Assembly: GCA_963666975.2 (NCBI GenBank)
Contig: CAXVYR010000004.1
Span: forward strand, 2,042,283-2,106,282
DNA: 64,000 nt
From: Terriglobia bacterium
GTDB lineage: Bacteria; Acidobacteriota; Terriglobia; 2-12-FULL-54-10
Direction: 5' to 3'
Shown one piece after another: positions 9,155 through 18,395 of the stretch. The position numbers were made by a program, and so were the translations under genes. The number at the start of each line of letters is the position of its first letter. Position 1 is the first letter of the stretch. The notes below the pieces were generated by a model, which saw nothing but the letters and a program-made list of their open reading frames with translations, was not told the DNA's origin and did no database searches.

Positions 9155-9415
9155 TTAGGCTGCCGAGTCGCGAGCTACTTCCCATCCCGGAAAGACCAAG
9201 ACCGCCGGATGGCACTTCAAGGCTCTCGCGAGAACCTTGGCTCGCTCGACGCCTAACCGGATGCGATCATTCTCGATGGCGGAAAGGGTTGCCTGAGGAA
9301 TGCCCGTCAGCCTGGCCAGTTCATTCTGGCTGTACCCTTGTAACTTTCGAATGATGCGAACAGACTCTCCTACCGAGACCTCAATGCGCTTTCTCGCTGG
9401 ACGGAAGGTTTTCAT
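9155..9415 (-). CDS. higA: XRE-family HTH antitoxin (HigA-like)
   Basis: 86 aa. HTH YSQNELARLTGIPQATLSAIENDR. It lies 1 nt downstream of the toxin gene stop. Confidence 0.8.
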   Translation of the reverse strand: MKTFRPARKRIEVSVGESVRIIRKLQGYSQNELARLTGIPQATLSAIENDRIRLGVERAKVLARALKCHPAVLVFPGWEVARDSAA

Positions 9416-9416
9416 T

Positions 9417-9698
9417 TTATAGTCTCCGATACTCGTGCGCCGTAATATGAACCACCTGGAACAAGGACTGTTGGGGAACCACCCGATAAATCACCCGGTA
9501 CTGTAAACCCAGACGGGACGACCGATACCCAAGCCATTTTCCGTGAAGGGCTTCATCATGGAGTCCTTTGATCAGTCGCAACCCAGGCGGACCGGAGATC
9601 ATGGCGATGTCTTTCCACTTCTCGTAACGCTTCAGGATTTCACGAGGCGCAGCATCGAGTTGTTTCTCAACCCGACGGTGCTCTTCGATCTGCCACAT
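9417..9698 (-). CDS. higB: RelE/ParE-superfamily toxin (HigB-like; toxin-first gene order)
   Basis: 93 aa with ...GLHDEALHGKWLGYRSSRLGLQYRVIYRVV...VVHITAHEY. The toxin lies upstream of the antitoxin, as in higBA. Confidence 0.7.
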   Translation of the reverse strand: MWQIEEHRRVEKQLDAAPREILKRYEKWKDIAMISGPPGLRLIKGLHDEALHGKWLGYRSSRLGLQYRVIYRVVPQQSLFQVVHITAHEYRRL

Positions 9699-9709
9699 GC
9701 AGCAGTTTA

Positions 9710-9731
9710 GACATATCTAATATAGTATGTC
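9710..9731. promoter_or_regulatory. Candidate operator (inverted repeat GACATA-n10-TATGTC) upstream of higB
   Basis: The palindrome sits 12-33 nt upstream of the higB start in AT-rich DNA. Confidence 0.35.
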
Positions 9732-9791
9732 AAGGAAGAATCCAGGGCGAGGAAAACGCTCGTTGTACCTATCCCTAAATTATTCCGCAGT

Positions 9792-10016
9792 TCACCGGCG
9801 GCCCAGGAACCAAAACAGCAGTGTCAGGACCAGGCTGAGCAGGACGGAGGTGACGATAGGGAAATAGAAGGTGAAGTTGCCCCGGCGATAAATGATATCG
9901 CCCGGCAAGCGGCCGAAGCGGAAGAAAGAAAAGCGATCCGCCAACAGGAACAGCAGTCCCAGCGTCACAAAAACGACGCCGAGGGTGATCAGAATCTTGC
10001 CCAGGCTGGGAAGCAT
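9792..10016 (-). CDS. DUF2905 family small membrane protein
   Basis: GRLPGDIIYRRGNFTFYFPIVTSVLLSLVLTLLFW. ATG at 10016 is preferred over the longer ORF. Confidence 0.8.
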   Translation of the reverse strand: MLPSLGKILITLGVVFVTLGLLFLLADRFSFFRFGRLPGDIIYRRGNFTFYFPIVTSVLLSLVLTLLFWFLGRR

Positions 10017-10050
10017 GGAAACACCGGAAGGATGACGCCAGCGGCAACCT

Positions 10051-10473
10051 TTAGCCCACAATCTCCATCTTGCCAAAGAAGTAGGAAATCTCGAAAGCGG
10101 CCGTCTCCGGGGCGTCGGAACCGTGAATCACGTTCCGCTCGATGGAGGTTGCGAACTGTTTTCGCAAGGTGCCCGGCTGGGCTTCGGCGGGGTTGGTGGC
10201 TCCCATCACCTTGCGCAGGCGCTCGATGGCGTTTTCGGCTTCCAGCACCATCACAACGATCCGGCCCGAGCACATAAAATCGGTCAGGCTGCCGAAAAAC
10301 TTCTTGTCGCGGTGGACCGCATAGAAGCCCTCCGCCTGCTGCTTGCTGAGGCGCAGCATCTTCATGGCGGCGATCCGGAAGTTCTGGCTTTCAAACGCCC
10401 GGATAATGTCGCCGATGACGTTCTGCTCGACTCCGTCCGGCTTGATAATGGTCAGGGTTCGTTCCAGGGCCAA
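10051..10473 (-). CDS. ndk: Nucleoside-diphosphate kinase
   Basis: [13 protein letters not shown]...NVIHGSD active-site His; 140 aa. Confidence 0.95.
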   Translation of the reverse strand: MALERTLTIIKPDGVEQNVIGDIIRAFESQNFRIAAMKMLRLSKQQAEGFYAVHRDKKFFGSLTDFMCSGRIVVMVLEAENAIERLRKVMGATNPAEAQPGTLRKQFATSIERNVIHGSDAPETAAFEISYFFGKMEIVG

Positions 10474-10535
10474 GGGTTTCCCTCAATTTGATTTGATTGC
10501 TCTGCGTACTGGGCAGGCTGAGGACAGATTCTCTT

Positions 10536-11795
10536 TCACTTTTTAGGCATGGACTTGTAGATGGCGAAACAAGGGCTGGCGCGCACGACTTGATACCGGT
10601 CCGGGTCCGGCCCTATCGACTCATAAAACTCTTTCATGTATTTCTCCGCCAGGGCCTCATCGCCGGTCTCCAGCGCAACCCGGCTGAGCAGGCTCAAACC
10701 GTCCTGCTGCATCACCTCTCTCTCGATGTCCGGGTAGACCTTCCCGTTGGGTCCGGCGTACCACTCCACGCTTTCCTGAATAAAAGCCATCGCCCCTGGC
10801 TTTTTCAATTGCAGGCCGGCCATTCCCAGGTTCATCAGCACGCGGCCGCGAACCCGGTCTTCGCCGCTCTGCTTGGCCACCTCCAGGGCTACGCCGAGAG
10901 TCTCCCAGGCGCTGGAAAACTTTCCCTGCCGCAGCTGGACGTTGGCGATGGTCAGCAGCGCATTGGCTTGCCATGTCCCGCGGCCCATCCTCTTAAAGGC
11001 GGCCAGGGCGGGCTCCATGTAAGCCATCGACAAGTCGGGCTCTCCCACCCAAACGTGGGTGTTGCCAATGTTCATCCGAATCATGCCGGGATACATGTTG
11101 CCACCCATCTGGTCGGCCAAACGGAGCGCTTCTTGATAAGCCGCGAGTCCGCGATCGGGCTGGACCATGCGGATCAAAGTGGAGCCCATGTTGTTCTTCG
11201 CCGACACCATGATGCGCAGATCGTCCACCTCTTCCGCCAGGACAAAGCCGGCCTGCAACCGTTCCAGCGCCAGATTGTAAAACTCATTGGCTTCTTCCCA
11301 GTCGAGATGATCGCCGCAGGCATCCTCCCCGGCATGTGTGTATAAGGCTCCTTCGAAGCGCAGCCTGCGAGCCTCGATCCGTTTATACAGGACATCGTCG
11401 CCGCTCAGGCGGCGATAGACGTCGAACAGCTTCGCGTAACGGCCGACCTCCTCCAGGAAATTTTCCAGGACCGCAGTATGGATTTCGTGCCCGGAGGTGG
11501 CTCCGTAGCGGCCCATCTGGTCAAATTTCCGGTCCAGTTCTCCCAGCACGCCCTCGAGCCGTTGCTTCACAACCTCAAGATTTTCCGCCATCAGCCGTTC
11601 GGCGCCCGCCACGTCGCCTTGGTCCAGCTTCGTCAGCAGAATCACCAGGGGAACAGGGTCTGAAGAAGGAGTGACCTGCGCCTCCAAAAGGCCGGCGTTC
11701 CTGCCGGACGGGTACACCGCGAACCAGAAAAGAAACAAGACTGCGAGAATTCCGATTCTCCGCCGATGGGCTCTTCTTGCGGGTCCTTTTTCCAT
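10536..11795 (-). CDS. TPR-like repeat protein with N-terminal membrane anchor/signal
   Basis: 419-aa ORF with a hydrophobic N-terminus ILAVLFLFWFAVY and a helical-repeat body. Confidence 0.6.
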   Translation of the reverse strand: MEKGPARRAHRRRIGILAVLFLFWFAVYPSGRNAGLLEAQVTPSSDPVPLVILLTKLDQGDVAGAERLMAENLEVVKQRLEGVLGELDRKFDQMGRYGATSGHEIHTAVLENFLEEVGRYAKLFDVYRRLSGDDVLYKRIEARRLRFEGALYTHAGEDACGDHLDWEEANEFYNLALERLQAGFVLAEEVDDLRIMVSAKNNMGSTLIRMVQPDRGLAAYQEALRLADQMGGNMYPGMIRMNIGNTHVWVGEPDLSMAYMEPALAAFKRMGRGTWQANALLTIANVQLRQGKFSSAWETLGVALEVAKQSGEDRVRGRVLMNLGMAGLQLKKPGAMAFIQESVEWYAGPNGKVYPDIEREVMQQDGLSLLSRVALETGDEALAEKYMKEFYESIGPDPDRYQVVRASPCFAIYKSMPKK

Positions 11796-11917
11796 GGGCC
11801 ACCCTCACTTTATGCGAATAGGCTACAACAGCAACTATAGCTTAATTCTAAAGCTAAACGCGCAGAGTGTAAACTCAAAAGGAGAAAAACAGGGGGGGGA
11901 CAGGATACGGACCGTTT

Positions 11918-12799
11918 TCAGCGTCCGGCCGCCGGAGCCAGCCGGGCGGCGACCGCCTCGCCGATCTGTGCCGGGCTGTCAACAACGGTGATTCCGGCCT
12001 CTTTCATCGTCGCCATTTTCTCGCGGGCTGTTTCCTTCCCGCCGCTGATGATGGCCCCGGCGTGTCCCATCCTTCTGCCCGGAGGGGCGGTCTGTCCGGC
12101 GATGAAGCCGACTACCGGCTTCTTTACATTCTCTTTGACGTACAGTGCGGCGGTTTCTTCCGCCGTCCCGCCGATCTCCCCGATCATGACTACAGCGTGG
12201 GTGTCCGGGTCGGCATTAAACAGTTCGATGGCGTCCAGGAAACTGGTGCCGATGATGGGATCGCCTCCGATGCCGATGCATGTGGATTGCCCGATGCCGA
12301 GCGCCGTCAACTGCCCTACGGCCTCATAGGTAAGCGTCCCGCTGCGCGAGACCACGCCCACATTTCCCGCCCGGTGGATATGGCCTGGCATGATGCCGAT
12401 CTTGCACTTGTCCGGCGAGATGACGCCCGGACAGTTGGGGCCGATCAGCCGTGTCTGCGTGGTCTGCAGATAGGCGTTGACCCGAATCATGTCGAAGGTG
12501 GGAATCCCTTCGGTAATGCAGACCACCAGGGGGATGCCGGAATCGGCAGCCTCCATGATGGCGTCGGCGGCAAACGGGGCGGGAACGAAGATGACCGAGG
12601 CGTTGGGTTTCACCGCTCTGTTCGCCGCAGCCACAGAATCAAACAGCGGCAGACCGTCCTGCTGCGTGCCGCCCTTGCCGGGCTTCACGGCCCCAACCAC
12701 ATTGGTCCCATACTGGATCGCCTGCTGTGTGTGGAAGCTGCCTTCCCGGCCCAGCCCTTGAACCAACAACCGCGTGTTCTTGCCGATCAATATGCTCAT
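11918..12799 (-). CDS. sucD: Succinate--CoA ligase subunit alpha
   Basis: [35 protein letters not shown]...[11 protein letters not shown]...[11 protein letters not shown] at 12799. Confidence 0.95.
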   Translation of the reverse strand: MSILIGKNTRLLVQGLGREGSFHTQQAIQYGTNVVGAVKPGKGGTQQDGLPLFDSVAAANRAVKPNASVIFVPAPFAADAIMEAADSGIPLVVCITEGIPTFDMIRVNAYLQTTQTRLIGPNCPGVISPDKCKIGIMPGHIHRAGNVGVVSRSGTLTYEAVGQLTALGIGQSTCIGIGGDPIIGTSFLDAIELFNADPDTHAVVMIGEIGGTAEETAALYVKENVKKPVVGFIAGQTAPPGRRMGHAGAIISGGKETAREKMATMKEAGITVVDSPAQIGEAVAARLAPAAGR

Positions 12800-12810
12800 T
12801 TCAAACACCC

Positions 12811-12967
12811 GAAGCAAAGGAAGCGAAGAAGTATAGGAAGCATACGAGGCAGAGGAAGTCGGTTCTTGTAGTGAAAGCCAACAAGCAATACCAAGGGAAG
12901 CTCCGAATTCTTTGTAAGGGGTTCTCCTCTGCTTCCTTTGCCTCCTCTGCCTCCTATGCCTCTTTTG
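12811..12967. repeat. Purine-rich / pyrimidine-rich complementary arms in the unusually long sucC-sucD spacer
   Basis: The plus strand has GGAAGC/GAGGCAGAGGAAG-type arms at ~12811-12858. The complementary CTTCC/CCTCCTCTGCCTCC arm is at ~12924-12967. Confidence 0.6.
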
Positions 12968-14117
12968 CTAACCGCACCACCTTCTCGGCGGCGTCCCGCA
13001 TTCCGTCGGCGACGGTAAAATTCAACTTGGAGTCCTGCAAAATCTGCTGCCCTTGCTCCACATTTGTGCCTTCCAGGCGAACCACGACCGGGATTTTTAC
13101 GCCCAGCGCCTTGGCTGCCTCCACCACGCCGCTGGCCACAATGTCGCAGCGCATGATCCCGCCAAAGATGTTGATCAGCACGGCGCGCACGTTGCGGTCC
13201 GAGAGCAGTATCTCAAAGGCGTGGCGAACCTGCTCGGCGCTGGCTCCTCCCCCTACGTCGAGAAAGTTGGCTGGACTCCCCCCCGCGTACTGGATGATGT
13301 CCATGGTGCCCATGGCGAGTCCCGCCCCGTTCACCATGCAGCCTACGGTTCCATCCAGTTTGATATAGTTCAGCCCGTATTTGGTTGCCTCGATCTCCAG
13401 CGGGTCCTCTTCAGCGAGGTCGCGCAGTTTCCCGATCTCCTCGTGGCGGTACAGGGCGTTGTCATCGAAGGTCATCTTGGCGTCGAGCGCCAGCAGCCGC
13501 CCGTCGGTTGCCAATATGAAAGGGTTGATCTCCGCCAGCGATGCGTCGGTAGCTTCAAAAGCGCGGTACAGCGCCATCATGAGCGCGGTGGCCTGCGGGA
13601 TGCTGCCCGCAGGCAGCCCCAAACCAAAGGCGAGCTTCCGCGCCTGAAAAGCTTGCAGGCCCGCGCCCGGACGGATGGTCTCGCGCAAAATCAGCTCGGG
13701 AGTCTCTTCCGCCACCTTCTCAATCTCCACGCCCCCGGCGGCGCTCGCCATGAAGACCGGTGAAGCGGTGACGCGGTCAATCACGATGCCGAGGTAGAGT
13801 TCCCGTTCAATCGGCAAGGTCTCCTCGATCAGCACCTGCCGCACCTCTTGTCCTTCGGGGCCGGTCTGAATGGTGACCAGCTTCTTTCCCAGAATCTTCT
13901 CGGCCACCGTTTGAGCCTCTTCCGGCGTCTTGGCAATTTCCACCCCCCCCGCTTTGCCGCGGCCACCGGCGTGAATCTGCGCTTTGACGACCACCGCGCC
14001 GCCCAGTTTGCGGGCTATCGCCGCAGCCCCGGCGCCATCCTGCGCGGTTTCACCCCGGGGGACGGCCACGCCGAAACTCTTCAGGATTTGCTTGCCTTGA
14101 AATTCGTGGATTTTCAT
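12954..14117 (-). CDS. sucC: ADP-forming succinate--CoA ligase subunit beta
   Basis: [25 protein letters not shown]-grasp N-terminus; 387 aa. Confidence 0.95.
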   Translation of the reverse strand: MKIHEFQGKQILKSFGVAVPRGETAQDGAGAAAIARKLGGAVVVKAQIHAGGRGKAGGVEIAKTPEEAQTVAEKILGKKLVTIQTGPEGQEVRQVLIEETLPIERELYLGIVIDRVTASPVFMASAAGGVEIEKVAEETPELILRETIRPGAGLQAFQARKLAFGLGLPAGSIPQATALMMALYRAFEATDASLAEINPFILATDGRLLALDAKMTFDDNALYRHEEIGKLRDLAEEDPLEIEATKYGLNYIKLDGTVGCMVNGAGLAMGTMDIIQYAGGSPANFLDVGGGASAEQVRHAFEILLSDRNVRAVLINIFGGIMRCDIVASGVVEAAKALGVKIPVVVRLEGTNVEQGQQILQDSKLNFTVADGMRDAAEKVVRLAKEA

Positions 14118-14119
14118 GT

Positions 14120-15379
14120 GTGGCGTTCTGTTCTTGCCGTTTTACAGGTAGCGGGAAGTCGGATAAAATATCATATCGTCACTCACTGCATAAACAACGA
14201 GCAGAAAGAAAAGGTACTATAAAGAAAGGTCGCGGCAAAAGCAATACGCCAGCCCCCAAAGTGCCCCCTAGCAACGCTGATTCACAAAACAGCGCTTCAC
14301 AAAACAGCTCCGCACAAAATGGCGCTCTGGTTGCCGGCATTCGGCAGAGCGCGGCGCGGCAGGACCTCACCCGCCAGCAAGCCCGGGCGGTGATGGAGGA
14401 AATCCTCTCCGGCACGGCCAGCAATCCGCAGATCGCAATGTTTCTGATGGCGCTGCGCATGAAGGGAGAGTCGGTGGAGGAGCTGATCGGTTTTGCCCAG
14501 GCGGTCAGGGCACGGGCGCTTGCCGTGCGCCCTCATCTGCGTGTGGAAGAGGAGCTGTCCGGCACAGACCGCGACGCTCTGGTGGACACCTGCGGCACCG
14601 GCGGGGACGCCAGCGGGACCTTCAATATCTCCACGGCAACGGCGTTCGTGGCGGCCGGTTGCGGAGTGCTGGTGGCCAAACATTGCAACCGGTCGATCTC
14701 CAGCCGCTGCGGCAGCGCGGACGTGGTGGAGGCTCTGGGAGTGAAGCTCCGCCTGCCGCCGGAGCGGATCGCCGAGTGTATTGACGAGGTGGGTATCGGG
14801 TTTTTGTTCGCTCCCGCGTTGCACGGCGCGTGGAAATACGCCCAGCCGGTGCGCCGGGAACTGCGGGTTCGCACGGTCTTCAACATGCTCGGTCCGCTGT
14901 GCAATCCTGCGGGCGCCTCCGCGCAAGTGGTGGGCGTTTATGACGGCCGCCTGACCGGGCTTCTGGCCCAAGCCCTGGTGGAGCTGGGGATGCGCCGCGG
15001 CTTTGTGGTGCATGGTGCCGACGGCCTGGATGAGATCACCAATACGGGGGAAACGGCGGTCGCCGAGGTGGACCGGGGGCAGGTCACGATGAAAACGCTG
15101 CGCCCGGAAGAGTTCGGCATTCCCCGATGCAGCCTCTCGGACCTGCAAGGCGGCGATGTCGCCGAAAACGTACAGATCATCCAGAGCGTCCTGGAAGGAC
15201 GAACCGGCCCCCGGCGCGACGTGGTTCTGTTGAATGCCGCCGCAGCCCTGGCCGCCTCCGGCCGCGCTCCCGACCTCCGGGCCGGTATGCGGATGGCTGC
15301 TGAATCCATCGATTCCCGCGCCGCCCTCGGCAAGCTGCGCGCGCTGGCCGAGTTCAGCAACCGTGACTTTGGTGATTAA
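14120..15379 (+). CDS. trpD: Anthranilate phosphoribosyltransferase (true start probably downstream, ~14261-14330)
   Basis: [16 protein letters not shown] and [16 protein letters not shown]...MALRMKGES. The listed GTG at 14120 abuts the sucC start and would add ~70 aa of AT-rich, promoter-like sequence. In-frame GTG at 14261. Confidence 0.85.
   Translation: MAFCSCRFTGSGKSDKISYRHSLHKQRAERKGTIKKGRGKSNTPAPKVPPSNADSQNSASQNSSAQNGALVAGIRQSAARQDLTRQQARAVMEEILSGTASNPQIAMFLMALRMKGESVEELIGFAQAVRARALAVRPHLRVEEELSGTDRDALVDTCGTGGDASGTFNISTATAFVAAGCGVLVAKHCNRSISSRCGSADVVEALGVKLRLPPERIAECIDEVGIGFLFAPALHGAWKYAQPVRRELRVRTVFNMLGPLCNPAGASAQVVGVYDGRLTGLLAQALVELGMRRGFVVHGADGLDEITNTGETAVAEVDRGQVTMKTLRPEEFGIPRCSLSDLQGGDVAENVQIIQSVLEGRTGPRRDVVLLNAAAALAASGRAPDLRAGMRMAAESIDSRAALGKLRALAEFSNRDFGD
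14281..14325 (+). repeat. Three tandem 15-bp repeats (TTCACAAAACAGCGC / TTCACAAAACAGCTC / CGCACAAAATGGCGC) at the trpD 5' end
   Basis: Read directly from the sequence. The third unit contains an out-of-frame ATG at 14319. Confidence 0.8.
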
Positions 15380-15503
15380 CGATGTGGACGGCCATCCGGC
15401 CACCATGCTCTTCGCCGCACTGCTCCGTACTTGTTATCAAAAAAGCAGTGCCGCATTGTAACTATTGCAACTGAGGCTCAATCACATAAGAGGAGAACCT
15501 GAC

Positions 15504-15931
15504 ATGGCAAAACCCATTTACGTTAGGAATCTTCGCAAGGAGGACCTGTCCGCAATTGTAGATATTGAAGACCGCGCTACTGGGAGGCAAGAATCGACAT
15601 CTCGGAAGCCATACGTCCCTACTGGGCCTCGCTCGTCGCCGAGGCAGACAACCGCGTTGCAGGTTTCGTCTTTGGCCGCGCTGGCGAGTTGGAGTTCGGC
15701 CTGCCCGGAACCGTTGCCTGGATTGAGATCATCGGCGTGGACCCGGCCTACAGGCGTCAGGGAATCGCCGCCAAGTTGATCGAAGAGTTCACTTCCTCAG
15801 CCGAGGACCACGGAATCAAAAAAATTCTCACTCTGATCAGCAAGAGCAGCACGGAGATGGAACACTTCTTTACCCGGCTGGGATTTGCCCAGGGGCAGAT
15901 GACCCATTTCCAAAAGGATCTCAAGAGTTGA
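15504..15931 (+). pseudogene. GNAT family N-acetyltransferase, frameshifted
   Basis: MAKPIYVRNLRKEDLSAIVDIEDRATG is in one frame. WEARIDISEAIRPYWASLVAEADNRVAGFVFG...IGVDPAYRRQGIAAKLIEEF (motif A) is in another. The shift is at ~15568-15585. The span is 428 nt, i.e. 3n+2. Confidence 0.75.
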
Positions 15932-16169
15932 CGGTCCAGGCCGCTGTTTGAAAGAATCAATTGCTTCATTGCAAGAGTGGATGCGGGCCGTGGGCTTTGC
16001 TCTAGCGTTTGTGACCGCCTGCCGATCCATCATCTTTCGGCTTCGCTCGGGACAGGCGCACGCGGCCCGCCGGACCGAAGGTCCTCTGGACCGCAGGCAG
16101 GCTCGGATTGGATTTACTTTGGAAACAGAAACATTAACGTCTCGCCATAAATAGGGTTATTGGCACTAA

Positions 16170-16757
<588 letters not shown>

Positions 16758-16799
16758 CTGTTCAGATTCTTTGGTTCACAATCTTGGGCTCAGATTCTT

Positions 16800-18395
16800 T
16801 CAAGCATCTTGCTGGGCCATCTCAACAGCCTGGAGCAGCGCTTTTCCCTTGTTCAGCGTCTCCTCATACTCTTTCTCCGGGACCGAGTCGGCCACGATCC
16901 CTGCGCCTGCCTGAATGCAGGCCTTGCCGCCGGTGACCACCATCGTGCGAATGCTGATACAGGAGTTGAGGTTCCCGGAAAAATCCAGATACAGCACGGC
17001 CCCGGCATAAACGCCGCGCCGTGCCGGCTCCAGCTCCGAGATAATCTGCATGGCCCTCACCTTGGGCGCGCCCGAGACCGTGCCGGCGGGAAAGCATGCC
17101 CACAAGGTGTCCCATGCGTCCACTTCCGGGCGAAGCTTTCCGCGAACGCTTGAAACCAGGTGCATCACGTGGGAGTAGCGCTCCACGAACATAAACTCCG
17201 GGACCTCCACCGTTCCGTAGCGGCAGACACGCCCCACGTCGTTGCGCCCCAGGTCCACCAGCATCACATGCTCGGCGCGCTCCTTCTCATCTCCCAGCAG
17301 CTCCTGTTCCAATTGTTTGTCCTGTTCGGGAGTCTTGCCGCGCGGACGTGTGCCGGCAATGGGCCGGTACTCCACATCCTCCCCGCTGACCTTCACCAGC
17401 ATCTCGGGCGAGGAGCCCAGCACGCAGTCATCGCCCATGCGCAGAAAAAACAGATAAGGCGACGGATTCACCCGGCGCAGCGCGCGGTAGATTTCAAAAG
17501 GGTCCACGCGAATCTTGGTTTCCAGCCGCTGCGAGAGCACCACCTGAAAGATGTCTCCGGCCTGGATATGCTGTTTGGCCTGGCGAACTTTCTCGATAAA
17601 CCCGCCCTTGCTGATATTGGAGCGGAGGGAGAGCGGAACAGACCGGCGTTTCGGGGAAGCTTTTTGCTGTCTCTCTATGGCCAGCGGCGACTGGAGCTTT
17701 TTTTCGATCCTCTGAATCTCCTGCTCCGCACGGCTGTAGAGGGAGCGCAGCCATTTTTTCGAAGTCGGCTGCTCGCACCGCACGTTGCAGATGATGGTGA
17801 TCTGGTGCTTCACATGGTCAAAGACCAGCACCGTCGAGAAAAACATGAAGACGGCGTCCGGCATGCCGGGTTGGGCTCTCTCCTTCAGACGAACGGGCTC
17901 TCGCAGGCTGATCAGATCATAGGCCATGTACCCCACGGCGCCCGCGGAAAAAGGCGGCAGCTCATCCACACGAACAGGCCGGAAGGAGGCGAGCAGTTCC
18001 CGTGTCATCTCCATGAGGTCGCCCTTCACCTGTCGCGCCCGCCCCTTCTCGATGATCTCGATCTTGCCCTCAGCCGACGGGGAAGCGCCGCCCGCCCTGG
18101 GCTTTTTGCCTTCCGGCGGCCTTTTCGGCATCCGGAAACGGACAATGAGAAACGGGTCTGCGCCCAGATAAGTGTAGCGGGCAATCGTCTCCCCGCCTTC
18201 CACGCTCTCAAACAAGAAGGAGAAATTCTTCTGGTTGCGACCTTCCTTGTTGTGCCGGGCCCCGGTCCGGCTACTGGTCAGCTTCAGGTAAGCCGAAACC
18301 GGGGTCAGCAAATCCGCCGGGACTGACTTCCACACCGGGATCAGGTTTCCCTGGCGAGCAAGATCGGAAAACTTCTCGGGACCGGGAAGAATCAT
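16800..18395 (-). CDS. trpE: Anthranilate synthase component I
   Basis: FPAGTVSGAPKVRAMQII and the chorismate-binding core; 531 aa. Its start overlaps the aroD/E stop in ATGA. Confidence 0.9.
   Translation of the reverse strand: MILPGPEKFSDLARQGNLIPVWKSVPADLLTPVSAYLKLTSSRTGARHNKEGRNQKNFSFLFESVEGGETIARYTYLGADPFLIVRFRMPKRPPEGKKPRAGGASPSAEGKIEIIEKGRARQVKGDLMEMTRELLASFRPVRVDELPPFSAGAVGYMAYDLISLREPVRLKERAQPGMPDAVFMFFSTVLVFDHVKHQITIICNVRCEQPTSKKWLRSLYSRAEQEIQRIEKKLQSPLAIERQQKASPKRRSVPLSLRSNISKGGFIEKVRQAKQHIQAGDIFQVVLSQRLETKIRVDPFEIYRALRRVNPSPYLFFLRMGDDCVLGSSPEMLVKVSGEDVEYRPIAGTRPRGKTPEQDKQLEQELLGDEKERAEHVMLVDLGRNDVGRVCRYGTVEVPEFMFVERYSHVMHLVSSVRGKLRPEVDAWDTLWACFPAGTVSGAPKVRAMQIISELEPARRGVYAGAVLYLDFSGNLNSCISIRTMVVTGGKACIQAGAGIVADSVPEKEYEETLNKGKALLQAVEMAQQDA

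Noticed and set aside
14281-14325. A mini CRISPR-like or other interspaced array.
   Set aside because: The units are directly tandem with no spacers, only 15 bp long and three in number. No CRISPR array is present anywhere in the window.
14319-14393. A possible trp leader peptide: a 24-codon out-of-frame ORF ([24 protein letters not shown]) whose TGA overlaps an in-frame ATG (TGATG at 14391-14395).
   Set aside because: It has only one Trp codon. I could find no terminator/antiterminator pair. Starting TrpD at 14393 would remove its first conserved helix. An ORF of this length arises by chance in GC-rich sequence.
14297-15406. A 369-aa ORF antisense to trpD. Similar long shadow ORFs occur at 17160..18326, 18416..19462, 26941..28260, 31539..32735, 61843..62868 and 5146..6141.
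   Set aside because: These lie opposite genes with strong family motifs. They are Arg/Pro/Gly/Ala-rich with no recognisable motifs. This is the typical stop-codon-poor antisense frame of high-GC DNA.
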